From: Octopus vulgaris | Taxonomy: Eukaryota | Assembly: GCA_951406725.2 (NCBI GenBank) | Contig: OX597817.1 | Span: 76,322,001-76,386,000 of the forward strand | Length of the DNA: 64,000 nt | Direction: 5' to 3' | Part shown: one piece after another, positions 1 to 11,444 of the stretch | How the letters are laid out: every line of letters begins with the position of its first letter | Numbering within the stretch: the first letter of the stretch is position 1 | The notes under the pieces: generated by a model | Database searches by the model: none | Seen by the model: the letters and a program-made list of their open reading frames with translations, nothing else | Told to the model about the DNA's origin: nothing | Position numbers and translations under genes: made by a program

Positions 1-134
1 TTGTGATGTCTTTGTAGCTTTATTAATAAAACGTATTGATCTATCTCCGGTATCCGAGTATTATTTTTTCCACCTTGCGCCACATCTACGTGCTTACTCT
101 AGTATATATATATGTATGTATGCATGTATGTATG

Positions 135-213
<79 letters not shown>

Positions 214-619
214 AGGTAATGAGATCCAGTAGGACGTCATCGAAGAGTTGGTTAGCCTTTAGCGTAAGCATGTTTGTACAGAAAGCGAAAAGGAAACGAT
301 AATCGATTCATAATATTTATTCATCCATGTACCAAATATGCTCTTTCTGTCATATTAAAATTATTACCTTGGTACGATGACAGGTGCTACATAACTCCAG
401 ATTGAAAGCATCTTACATTGTTTAGTATTCTATAATATTAAATGAAAGAAATGGAAGAGGCACTTACGCACTACATATGTTTCAATAATGCATAGAATCC
501 TTATTATGAATCATTAAAACTATTACCTAATTTTACTAGACATCTATCTTCGCGTGTATCCACAGCATCTTGTGAGACCATATGTCGTTATGACTCAACG
601 GAGAAATGGCTGTAGGCCT

Positions 620-1696
620 GGAAAATATTGCTTTTGTATTGTTTGTAGAGGCGCGATGGCCTCAAATGGAGAGACTCATATGTGTGACAGTTTCTGCTAC
701 AGTGACTAATTTCTGTCAGTGTTGCCAAGGAGTGCTTTACCGTTGATTTTGGTTTTATTCATCAGTAATCCCCAACCATTTCTCTCACTTTTTAAAATTC
801 ATCCTGGTAAGTTCCACCTTGCTGTGGGAGTGCCCATCAGAAAAAATTACTCTGGCCTTTCAACGTTCATGTTCAAGGACTTCATATCTCTCTCATGGGT
901 ATCTCTGAATAGAAGCTGGGCTCCCCTACGTGTTTTCTTGCCGGGGGCAGGTTCCCTGCAAATCTATATAGCAAATCTTTCGAGATTCTCAGGATCTGAT
1001 ATACAAAGTACGCCGTCAACCCAGCGGAGGAGTAGGGTGAGGAGACTAAATGACTTGATGCAAGCCGGGACTTCATTGTCGGTAGCTCAGTCAGTCTACT
1101 CGGACGCCACCCTTTTCTGGGGTTGATGCCCGAGATCTTACTCATGAAGATTCAAGTCTGTAGATTGCAGTCCTTTTCTGCTCCATTATTTTAGTCTGCT
1201 AGGGACACCCTTTGTCAGCCTAGTTAGAATTAAAACTGCGCTTTTGATGCGTCTGTAGATCTCAATACTCTTAAAAATGATTGTCTGTGGCAATGAAACC
1301 AAAGTCTATAATATCGTTGACTAAGCCCAGCTTGCAACATCTGATGTTAATTTTAAGGAAATGCTTAACATTTTAACCCAGCATCTTCTTCCTCTTCAGT
1401 TGGGCTGAATTTTTGTCAGACATCTGTGAGACTCTCAATTAGGAACTGCAACTCATCCTCTGAATGTGGAGCCAGTGCCACGCCATATATATAAAGCTGG
1501 TCTCTGGTGATTACTTGGCATACATTAGTTTATGTCCTTAATCGGAACAGAATGAACAGGTTTTAGTCTATCTTCTGTGATGTTTTGAAGTCGTGCTTCA
1601 GCATGATATGGAAGAAGATGCCAAACAAGGTAGGAGTGGGTACACAGTACACTCCACCACGGACACTGAACCATGATGCAGAGTCATCAAATTGAA
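620..1696 (-). mobile_element. Decayed RTE-clade LINE, RT and C-terminal fragment
   Basis: Minus-strand translation gives VQFDDSASWFSVRGGV..CVPTPTLFGIFF (cf. RTE GVKQGCVLAPTLF), then ALAPHSEDELQ (cf. FADD..L.AHSE.ELQ) and LLFRDTHERDM; many stops and frameshifts. Confidence 0.7.
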
Positions 1697-1916
1697 CGGC
1701 AGAAACGTAAGCACGCCGGGCGAAATGCTTAGCAGTATTTCGTCTGCCGTTACATTGAGTTCAAATTCTGCCGAGGTCGACTTTGCCTTTCATCCTTTCG
1801 GGGTCGATAAATTAAGTCCCAGTTACACACTGGGGTCGGTGTAATCGACTTAATCCCTTTGTCTGTCTTTGTTTGTCCCCTCTGTATTTAGTCCCTTATG
1901 GGCAATGAAGAAATAA
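1697..1916 (+). mobile_element. tRNA-derived SINE, family B (ggcagaaacgttagcacgccgggcgaaatgc...)
   Basis: B-box-like gagttcaaattc and central gtcgactttgcctttcatcctttcggggtcgataaattaagt; about 10 similar copies in the window. Confidence 0.85.
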
Positions 1917-2055
1917 GTAGCTTCCTTTTCAACCACGTGGTTCTGGGTTCAGTCCCACTGTGTGGCACCTTGGGCAAGTGTCTTCTACTATAACCTCGGG
2001 CCAATCAAAGCCTTCTGAGTGGATTTGGTAGATGGAAACTGAAAGAAACCCGTCG

Positions 2056-2099
<44 letters not shown>

Positions 2100-2145
2100 C
2101 GTGCATTGCTCTGTGTTTGTCCCCCGACCATCACTTGACAACACA
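1917..2145 (+). mobile_element. SINE family A, 5' part with internal (TA)n(TG)n
   Basis: gggttcagtcccactg..ggcaccttgggcaagtgtcttc matches the full copies at 6701, 18762 and 43010. Confidence 0.85.
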
Positions 2146-5100
2146 CTCACACCATTCGGACCTCTAATACCGCTCCCCAAAACCACTGAACCATGACAGA
2201 CTAGCCCAGAAACAAAATATCCTTTCAATTTCACATTGCTCTTCCTTCCTCCACCACAACCAACCTCCCACACTGTCCCTTAAAATAGCAAACAACCCTT
2301 AGCTTTACACAAAATTAAAATTGCTAAAATAGGTCAGTTCATCTCAAATTCTTTGTAAACACCTAAATATATCTCCTTCTGTCTATGTATATATCACTAA
2401 ACACAATTTTCATTGAACTCCTAACACTTTTTACTGTGTATGTATATAGATACTTCCAAACAAACATGATTTTTATTGAACTTTTCGTTTAATATTTTCT
2501 CAGATATTTCCTTGTAAACTGTTTTTAACATTTTCCTATTATTATCAAAGAATGTATACATGTATCTTAATACTTTTGTGACAACCAGTACTCAACACAA
2601 CAAAGCTTATAGAAAGCTTTACATTTTACTTTGGACAATCTTTTTCTAAAAAAGTGAAACCGGTCAAGTGAATAAACATCTTTAAAATTGCATTTTCAAA
2701 CCGTCTTTCGTATATATTTCCCCTCGTGCGGTACCTTACAACTTCACTTTGTATATATATATATATATATATATCATAGTTCTTGAAATAATGTGTAATC
2801 TTCATTCTCTGTATCTTCTTACGAACACAGAAAATGTACACAATGTGTGCACGCGCTCACACGTATTGCATTTCTGTGTGTGCCTGTGTGTATTATATAC
2901 ATATATGCACACGCACGCGCGTGTGTTTGCATACGTTAAAATAAATCATGCGGCCGGTAGGCATACAATGCCCATTGTGTTTTGACGCAATATGTACATT
3001 GTATTTTCTCTTCAATTAAAATCATATATACGTTATTAAAATCTTTCTTTAATATGCATATTGAAACCTTTGTTTAATTGTTTAAGTCAAGTTATTTAAT
3101 TATAATCTCGAATTTAATTGTAATGCAGAACACTTATTATGTTAAGGCTTCTGTTGTTCCATTGATTTTAAATAATCTAGTTTCCTGTTTTCTTTTTAAA
3201 GTAACTAATTGTATATTCTGGCGAACATTGGTTTGTTGGATTCTTGTTATCGAATGTGAGTTAAAATGTGAATAATGATTGCTTCATTTGCCATAAGGAT
3301 AGGGTTGAATGAGTGAATATATATTAATGTATTACGACGATAAATTACAGCAACCATGGAATATGTTACGTAGATGCGAATAAAGGAAAAGAGGCATGTA
3401 AAAGAAAACGATAGGAATCGCCTTGCTCTTAATAAGTGTTTCGTGTCAGCTGTATATTTCAGCTTACATGTGCATGTTGAAAAGTGGGCTAATTCGTGTG
3501 TGTTATACGTGCCATACTCATGTCACCACTAATGCTTTATAGAATAGAAGAGTTTATAAACAATTGGCGCATTGCTTAACTGGCGGAGAACTGTCAACGT
3601 CTGATTACATTCCTCTTGACGAGCGCCTAATGTTTGTTTAGGTGCGTAATACCACCACTACCACCACTACTGAGACTACAGCTATGTAAGGAGATACATT
3701 TTGATAAGACATGCTTGACAAACGGTGATCACATTCGCTCAATGCCCAGTAATTCCTATAGATGTCACAATCTCAGCACATCCATAAGTAGTCATATAAA
3801 ATCTGTGCAAAAACTGTTAGTTGCAGATATATTTTTTGACCATTGACATGTATCCCTTCCGCAAGGCGGTACAATGGAAGGGACAAATGTATCCCTTCCA
3901 CGAGGCGTGAAAGAACAGATGTCCAAATCTGGTGAGACGAAAACTAGGGCAAGGCACAACATTCAAACGGTAATGACTGACGAGTTTTTTTAAAGTGCTT
4001 CTCACCTTTGCTTGATATCTGTCATTCGATCCAATTTCTCTCTAAGACCAGCTCCAGCTCTTAAAATCAATCCAGATTCTATTTATCCTGAGTTGTAGTC
4101 CGAACCAGAATGCAAGCTTCTTTAAATGGAATATCTATGAACTTTGTCAAATGATTTACGAGACTTGTCAGCATAAACATACCTGTGACATACCAACTGA
4201 CTTATTTGGTTATTTCTTTCCCTTACTAATACCTCGTGATTTTCAGTTTGGAGTCAACTAACTTATTCCTGCTGTGTCCGATAACATAACCATGATTTCT
4301 TCTTCCTATGCTTATTCAGCATTCCAAAACCCTATTCTAGAAGGACAACGCTTATTACATTCAACTTCAACAGCATTAATTCAAGAGCCCAAAGTACAAG
4401 TATTGAAAGGCAGAATACTTTTTGACTGACTGAACGTTTCTTTTTTTAACGGGTTCTTTAGGTAAATTTTTACTTTGTCCAGCACACAACTGCCGCTTTA
4501 CATTGATAGTGTTACGCTGCTAAATACAGGGGTCATTTAAACAATGTGCTCGTGAATAGTTAATGGGTTGGATGTGGTACTGAATAAAGGGCAATAACTT
4601 CTGACATATGCATAAATCTATTTTTGTATCTTCGATCACATTGTTCACATGGACTTTTTAATAAACGAAACGTAAATTTCAGTGATGGCTCCAAATTCTA
4701 CGAATTATCTGTAAATATAAGTTAATTAAAAGTAATTAGCTAGCTGTTCCAAGGAAGAGATTTCGCAACTTGTACATATTTTGGCAGTTTTTAGATCTCG
4801 TTGATTATGATATGAATTTAGTTGGCAACAAAATCCAAGGCATAGGTGTGTCATTTTACACCTTGCTTGTTATGATATGTATCTTTATTCATTATTGATT
4901 ATGAACTGGACTGATGATCGATAGTCACCCGTTAGTAGTATTGAACCGCATCCTCAACCAGTCTTTTTATTTCCATGTCTTGATTTTCTATTGACTAATA
5001 TCTCTATATCATGAGATTTTAATTAAAATTTGTAAACAAACGTGGTTTTATTTTCTGATTATAAACCACATTTGAAGAGGATTAGTGATGTGGAGGACTC

Positions 5101-6700
5101 CCGTTGTGGTATTGAGCTAGATGTTATGAAATATGAAAGAATAAGTTTTGTTTTACAGTTAGCCGTTTTGTCTCATAGTGTATCTGATATTCACTTGCGG
5201 ATTTATAGCAACTACAATTTTCCTGTATTTGTGTTTGATGCTAGTGGAATCCATACAAAGTACTGATTCTCCGTGACAGTATTGAATTCAATCCAAGATC
5301 AAAGAAAAGAGTCATATATCCGAAAAGCATAAATATTTTGATTGATCACATATTGAGTCTTGAAGCAACAAATTTCAGAATGGCTTTTCCCACATAACGT
5401 GCACAGAACGCTAAAACTTCAATTACTGAGCTAGAATTCTTTCAATTACAATGTAATGGAATTTTTAACAGATTCTAAGAACAAAGGTTTAGCCTTTAAG
5501 ATTCACGGTTTTCATGTGGCGTCTATTCAAGAAATAAAATTCTTTAAACAGAATGTCTACTATTTAACAGCCGAGAGAAATAGAAAAATGGATGAATCGA
5601 TGATGGTTTATTAATGCCCATTGGTAAGATTATGCCATTTTCAATAGTAGATCCGTCTGATTTTAGTGAATTAGAACCTCAATAGATTTCGTTTGAATTC
5701 ACAAACTCAGAGTTCTCTTTCACCAGTTTATATATTCTACTTGTCTCTTTCTCTCTGTAACCAGAACATAATCCCGTCAATTCTGTAATTTCTTTCAAAT
5801 CTAGGTGTAAATTATTTATTATGGCTTGATTTCCCACGAGTGATTATGGTATTCAAATAGTATACAATAGACACAGTTCTAGTAGATGAAATAAATATTT
5901 CAGATTCTGGTACATTGAACATCGGTACCTCAAACCGAGATCCAATCAATAGAAAATCAAAATTCAATCACTGCCGATGTGATTGTTAGCGTTTCAGCGA
6001 TTAATTGTCTAGATAGGGAAATGCTGACAAATAGCCAGTTATTGAGAAACTAACAACTGAACTACGAAATCTACGTGTTTTTTTGTTTGTTTTTTTTTAA
6101 GTCGGAAAAATGGCTGAATGCCGTTTTCATTTCTTGATGCTTTTTCCACCGCATTTTCTAAACTGTAACCTATCACACATCTAATATAATTGGCGTGTAT
6201 CACTAATACTTTAATGGCTCCCTTTAGAGTGAATACCAGTACCTGACGATCACCATCATCATCTCCAACTATTTAACTAGTCTGCACTCTGCTTGCCAAA
6301 GTCCCTTGTACGTGGGTAACAATTATATAATAAACTGATCTAATAAGCAGAAACCTGTTTATGCAGGTACTATATTTTAACCATCGAGATCACAAGCTTG
6401 TGGTCTGTATAACCAACAAGGGGAAATAGTTCATGCCCTAGGATATTCACAGCCTATTCACAGCCTATTCACACCCGATTAACCTACTAAATACTTGAAC
6501 AACCGGTTGGTTCAAGTGTGGATTAAAAGATTCTGAAAGCCCACTCGTTAACTTTCGGAGTTTTAGCTGCCGGATTATATCTGTGAAATTTCTTAATAAT
6601 TGTGGGTGAGGTATCGTACTGGATACCTCCTCCATAAACCTAGCATGCGTCCAGATTGTTATTCCAGTCGTTCATTTGCACTATAAAACGAAACTTCTCA

Positions 6701-6868
6701 GAGGAGTGGCTGTGTGGTAGGTAGCTTGCTTACCAACCACATGATTCCGGGTTCAGTCCCACTGCATGGCACCTTGGGCAAGTGTCTTCCACTACAGCCT
6801 CGGGCCGACCAAAGCCTTGTGAGTGGATTTGGTACACGGAAAATGAAAGAAGCCCGTCGTATATATAA

Positions 6869-6950
<82 letters not shown>

Positions 6951-7175
6951 TTGGGAGTGTGTATGTTAATGTTTGTGTGTCTGTGTTTGTCCCCCCAACA
7001 TTGCTTGACAACCGATGCTGGTGTGTTTACGTCCCCGTCACTTAGCGGTTCGGCATAAGAGGCCGATAGAATAAGTACTAGGCTTACAAAGAATAAGTCC
7101 CGGGATCGATTTGCTCGACTAAAGGCGGTGCTCCAGCATGAACACAGTCAAATGACTGAAACAAATAAAAAGAAA
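6701..7175 (+). mobile_element. Full-length tRNA-derived SINE, family A
   Basis: A-box-like gtggctgtgtggt, B-box-like gggttcagtccc, CORE-like ccttgggcaagt, internal microsatellite, and 3' hairpin cagtcaaatgactg followed by an A-rich tail. Confidence 0.9.
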
Positions 7176-7681
7176 AAAAAAAAGAAAAAAGAGGTCTATC
7201 TGTTCTGTCACAGTTTAAGTATATAAACGACGACTTGTCTGAAAGTACCACCTTCGCCACTGATTACGTCTAGTACCATGGACACATTACTCGGATCCCT
7301 TCGAATTATACTTATCTCAAAATCCAGAAGTTCTTGAAACAAAAAATGTTACTCAGCCCGATCAATTCACATCGAAAGATGCGCATATTTCATTCTCATC
7401 AAGAAGAACATCTTACTGCGTTCGTGCTCTATTGACTGAAAACAGGCGGACCAGCGATAACGGCTCTCAATCATTTCTTTGATGCAAAATTCTGAAGTGG
7501 TTGTCTGTATTTTGCATCAAAGGAGTTATCAAATCATAATCGATAACTTTTTTGATCATTACTCCTAATCGGTTCACTAGCTTCTTCCCTAATCCATTTC
7601 GCATTTTACTAGACTTCTGTCGAAATTTTCGTTTCAATTTAATTTTAACTTGCGAACGTCCGTTACTACCTTCAAGCATCC

Positions 7682-7784
7682 TTTCAAATTACATGCAAAC
7701 ATTTTCCTCAAATTACATATCCTCAAATTACATGCAAACATTTTCCTCAAATTACATATCCTCAAATTACATGCAAACATTTTC
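7682..7784. repeat. 39-bp tandem repeat, about 2.6 copies
   Basis: Unit ctcaaattacatgcaaacattttcctcaaattacatatc. Confidence 0.9.
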
Positions 7785-8204
7785 AGAAATTCTGAATATT
7801 CTCCAAGCGTCGTCTGCACTATTGAATATCCGACATAGGAGCATATTTACTATAGATGGCAGATTCTCTCTAGCAGAAGTATCTTCTAGTAACAGAAGCT
7901 ATGCATTCGCACTTCTCCATCCAATAATAAGAATGAGGACCGTCTGGTCCTCATATTGCTATGAATTGATTCTTTTAGGTGGCTTAATTCATACTGTCGT
8001 CTTCATTGTCTTCGTCGGTTGTGGTTGAGAGTGGGTTTATATATATAAGGTAATGTTTATCGCCACGTGGGTGTTCGCTAAGAGATGACGATACTGCTGT
8101 TTTAACCCCAGGAGGTCATCTCCTCCAGCTGGTTTATTCAGTGCCCTTTCGCTCTCGGCATTTATTGGAAGTGGCAGAGAACTCCTGCTATCCAAGCTTC
8201 GAGA

Positions 8205-8251
8205 CCGCCAGACTACGTGATTTCGATCTTATTGGATCTCTTCAGTGGTGG
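8205..8251 (-). ncRNA. Type I hammerhead ribozyme motif
   Basis: ccacca CUGAAGA gauc-caauaa-gauc GAAA ucacgua GUC uggcgg: intact core, stems I and II pair, GUC triplet. Confidence 0.8.
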
Positions 8252-8563
8252 GCACGCGTTTACCAGGTATGGTAGTAGTGTAACCACGCTTGCAATGTAT
8301 AGAAAATACGGTGTCATACAATCAATGATTTTGTAATTAGGAAAATAGTCTGATAGAAAAATTCTGTTCAAGCTAGAAGCAGCATACGAACCATAAAGGT
8401 AGTGTTTATCGCAACTTTAACATATGTGTTCTCTAACTGATGACAATACTGGTGTTTTAACAGCAGGAAGACTTCTCTCCAAGCTAACTTATTCAGTGAA
8501 TTTTCGCAGTCGATATTTATTGCAAGCAAGAGAGAGAGAGCGTCTTTCACATTAGATCTGAGA

Positions 8564-8611
8564 CCAACAGACGACGTGATTTCGATCTTATTGGATCTCT
8601 TCAGTAGCAGG
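8564..8611 (-). ncRNA. Type I hammerhead ribozyme motif (second copy, weak stem I)
   Basis: Same core and stem II as 8205-8251; stem I is diverged. Confidence 0.65.
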
Positions 8612-8709
8612 CACTCGTATTGCCACGCATGGCAGTAGAGTAACCTTGCTTGCAATATATAGAAAATACAGTTCTCATACACACACACATACGCGCACAC
8701 ACACACAGA

Positions 8710-8758
<49 letters not shown>

Positions 8759-8816
8759 CTTTATTCCTTTACTTGTTTCAGTCATTTGACTGCAGCCATG
8801 GTGACACACACACACA

Positions 8817-8913
<97 letters not shown>

Positions 8914-9652
8914 GCGTGCTTATGTCTGTGTGTAGTACATATATATGTATATATACATATATACATTTATATGTAAATATTTATATGTGCATGCGTTTTT
9001 GAGTGTTTTGTGTGTGCTTATGCGTGTGTGCGTGTGTGTTTAAATGCACCGAATAATTCTTTACACAACATGTTCCTCATTCACCGTAATTAATCTACAT
9101 CAGTGTGTAAAATTCAAACAATAAACATTTAGCAGGACATCATGTCAAAATACTAATTTATCAACAATAACGTGTTTTGGTGTTTAATTAAGCAAAACAC
9201 CGCTCTTTATAGCTCCATGCCTCTTACCACCAGCAGCAGAACAGTGTAAAGGTGTCAAGAAGAATATATCAACAGGGAAATAGTTTTTAATGAAAATGAA
9301 AGTAATTTCTTGATACGGGTTCACATCGATTCGCATACCACATCGCTCGTTATGTTAGCGCTTGCCAGTTTGAAATTACATGGTACTGTTTTAAAGATAT
9401 CTATCTATTCTAACATATAGGAACTAATGTGTATGAGCATATGTTTGTGTGTGAGTCTTCTACAATAGCCCCAGCCTCAGAACCAGTGTCAGTTTGTCTG
9501 CGTCCCTGCGGTTCGACAAAAGACATGTGGAATAAGTGCCCGGCGTAAATATAAGCACTGGGGCTATTTTTTTCTGACTAAACCATTCTAAGTGGTGCCC
9601 TAGCTTGCTGCTGTCAAAGGACTGAAACAAGTAAAAGAGGTACAGGCATATA

Positions 9653-9691
<39 letters not shown>

Positions 9692-9722
9692 AACCATGCA
9701 TTCATTCACACAAACATACTTA

Positions 9723-9869
9723 CAGTCGTGGCCAAAGATTCAGAACATTTTTATTATTTAAATTAAGATTGTTATATCCAATATACACTCCAACCAAATA
9801 TAACTTTTTGGCATTTAAAATAAAATTTCTAATTTTCAGACCTATGTTCCAATATTTTGCCCACGACTG
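9723..9869. mobile_element. Tc1/mariner-derived MITE
   Basis: TIRs cagtcgtggccaaagattcagaaca / tgttccaatattttgcccacgactg, with TA on both flanks. Confidence 0.85.
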
Positions 9870-10241
9870 TAGACACTTTTCGAAAATTCACCATTTCACG
9901 TTCCTGGATGAATACATGTACACTGTCACATGTTCATATGGAACACACACAGACACACACACACACACCACACCACACCACACCACACACACACACACAC
10001 TCACACACACATACACAAACGTAATACCTATTACACGATTTTCTAACGCACAATTTTATAGATAACACCCGTACAAGATATGTATGTAATGCATGTATGC
10101 ATATATATATATATATATATGATATCATGATTATTATCTGAAGTTGAAATTTCAATGAAAGAGTTTTGTTTCTGGTCTTGAAAGTAGCTGCTTTTCCACT
10201 AGTTTTTGCATATATATAAGTGTCTCTCTATCTATCTATCG

Positions 10242-10345
<104 letters not shown>

Positions 10346-10510
10346 CAGAGCACGTGTGTTTGAAAAGTCTAAACGAATTCGCTCACACTCTAGAAATGTT
10401 AGTGACATCACGATAAATGATTTCATAACATTTTCTAAAAAAAATACTTTTTTAAAAAATCACCTTTACACTTCAAAACTGAATTAATTGTCAAAGACTT
10501 TCATAAGTAG

Positions 10511-10566
<56 letters not shown>

Positions 10567-10859
10567 CATATATATATGCATATATATATACATGTGCAGA
10601 AGCACACACACAAACACTAACACACACACACACACATACACACACACATACACACGCACACACACGCTCACACACACACACGCTCACACACACACACACA
10701 CCCACCCACACACACACACACAAATATATAAAAGCACATGTCAACCGATTCAGATATCCACAAACTTCAAGAGTCGTCTTGCCTTTAAAGAAAACTTTGT
10801 TAATGATCGGCTTGGAAACTGCAAAGCCAAAAAGCATAAGTAAATCGCAAAGCAATACA

Positions 10860-11400
10860 AATACAGTAAAACAGAATTATGCACAGTAGAGGAAATTAGT
10901 TGCCCAGCAGATGTTAATATAATGTTACAAATTGGAGAGGAAGAAAGAGTCACTGCTGAACTGATGAGAAATCTTCAGTTATTCTTTCCGGTCCGTAGCT
11001 TTCTACTTCTATTTATAATTATTGGAGCATTTGGGTATGTGAATAACCGCCTCAGTAACGCAATTCCGAAGCCTGCTTTCACAAAATCGGGAAGAATACA
11101 TCTAATCAAGAGACGACTGCTCCAAGCTAAAACACCGTCAAAATATGCAAAGTATTGAGAAGTCTAATTTGTTATAAGATCCGATACCCGCACAATCTCC
11201 TTCGAGTGTACATAGACATGTAAAAATATACATATGTGGAGGGATAGATGTGGACATGTAAACGTACATGCGTGTATATATATATATATATATATAATAT
11301 CATGATTATTATCTGAAGTTGAAATTTCAATGAAAGAGTTTTGTTTCTGGTCTTGAAAGTAGCTGCTTTTCCACTAGTTAGATATTCGAAAAATGTAGCC
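10860..11400 (+). mobile_element. Diverged 3' fragment of an R4/Dong-like RLE retrotransposon
   Basis: EEISCPADVNIMLQIGEEERVTAELMRNLQL...IIIGAFGYV aligns with VEMSCPEDVNIKLKISEKENTYTEL...ALGYV at 17780-17930. Confidence 0.75.
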
Positions 11401-11444
11401 AAAATTGCATATATATATATCTATATATATATATATATATAGAA

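Larger units (their letters stand above)
6230..8030 (-). mobile_element. Possible heavily decayed Penelope-like ORF downstream of the tandem pLTRs, interrupted by a SINE
   Basis: Only weak motifs (VVLSDKSSFIYLN near 7240, cf. ADKG..VV; basic ORF 7467-7679). Main support is its position 3' of the HHR-bearing tandem repeats. Confidence 0.3.
8047..8672 (-). mobile_element. Two diverged tandem ~270-bp Penelope-type pLTR units, each carrying an HHR
   Basis: 8047-8312 and 8397-8672 align end to end; both contain minus-strand CTGAAGA-gatccaataagatc-GAAA. Confidence 0.75.

Noticed and set aside
719-1126. 135-aa ORF with a hydrophobic N-terminus
   Set aside because: It is antisense to the decayed RTE LINE.
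4908-4960. CTGATGA followed by a weak hairpin
   Set aside because: No correctly placed GAAA or stem I; similar chance matches occur at 6243, 8437, 25645 and 56896.
6701-6775. tRNA gene candidates at SINE heads
   Set aside because: A/B boxes are present but there is no full cloverleaf; they are parts of SINEs.
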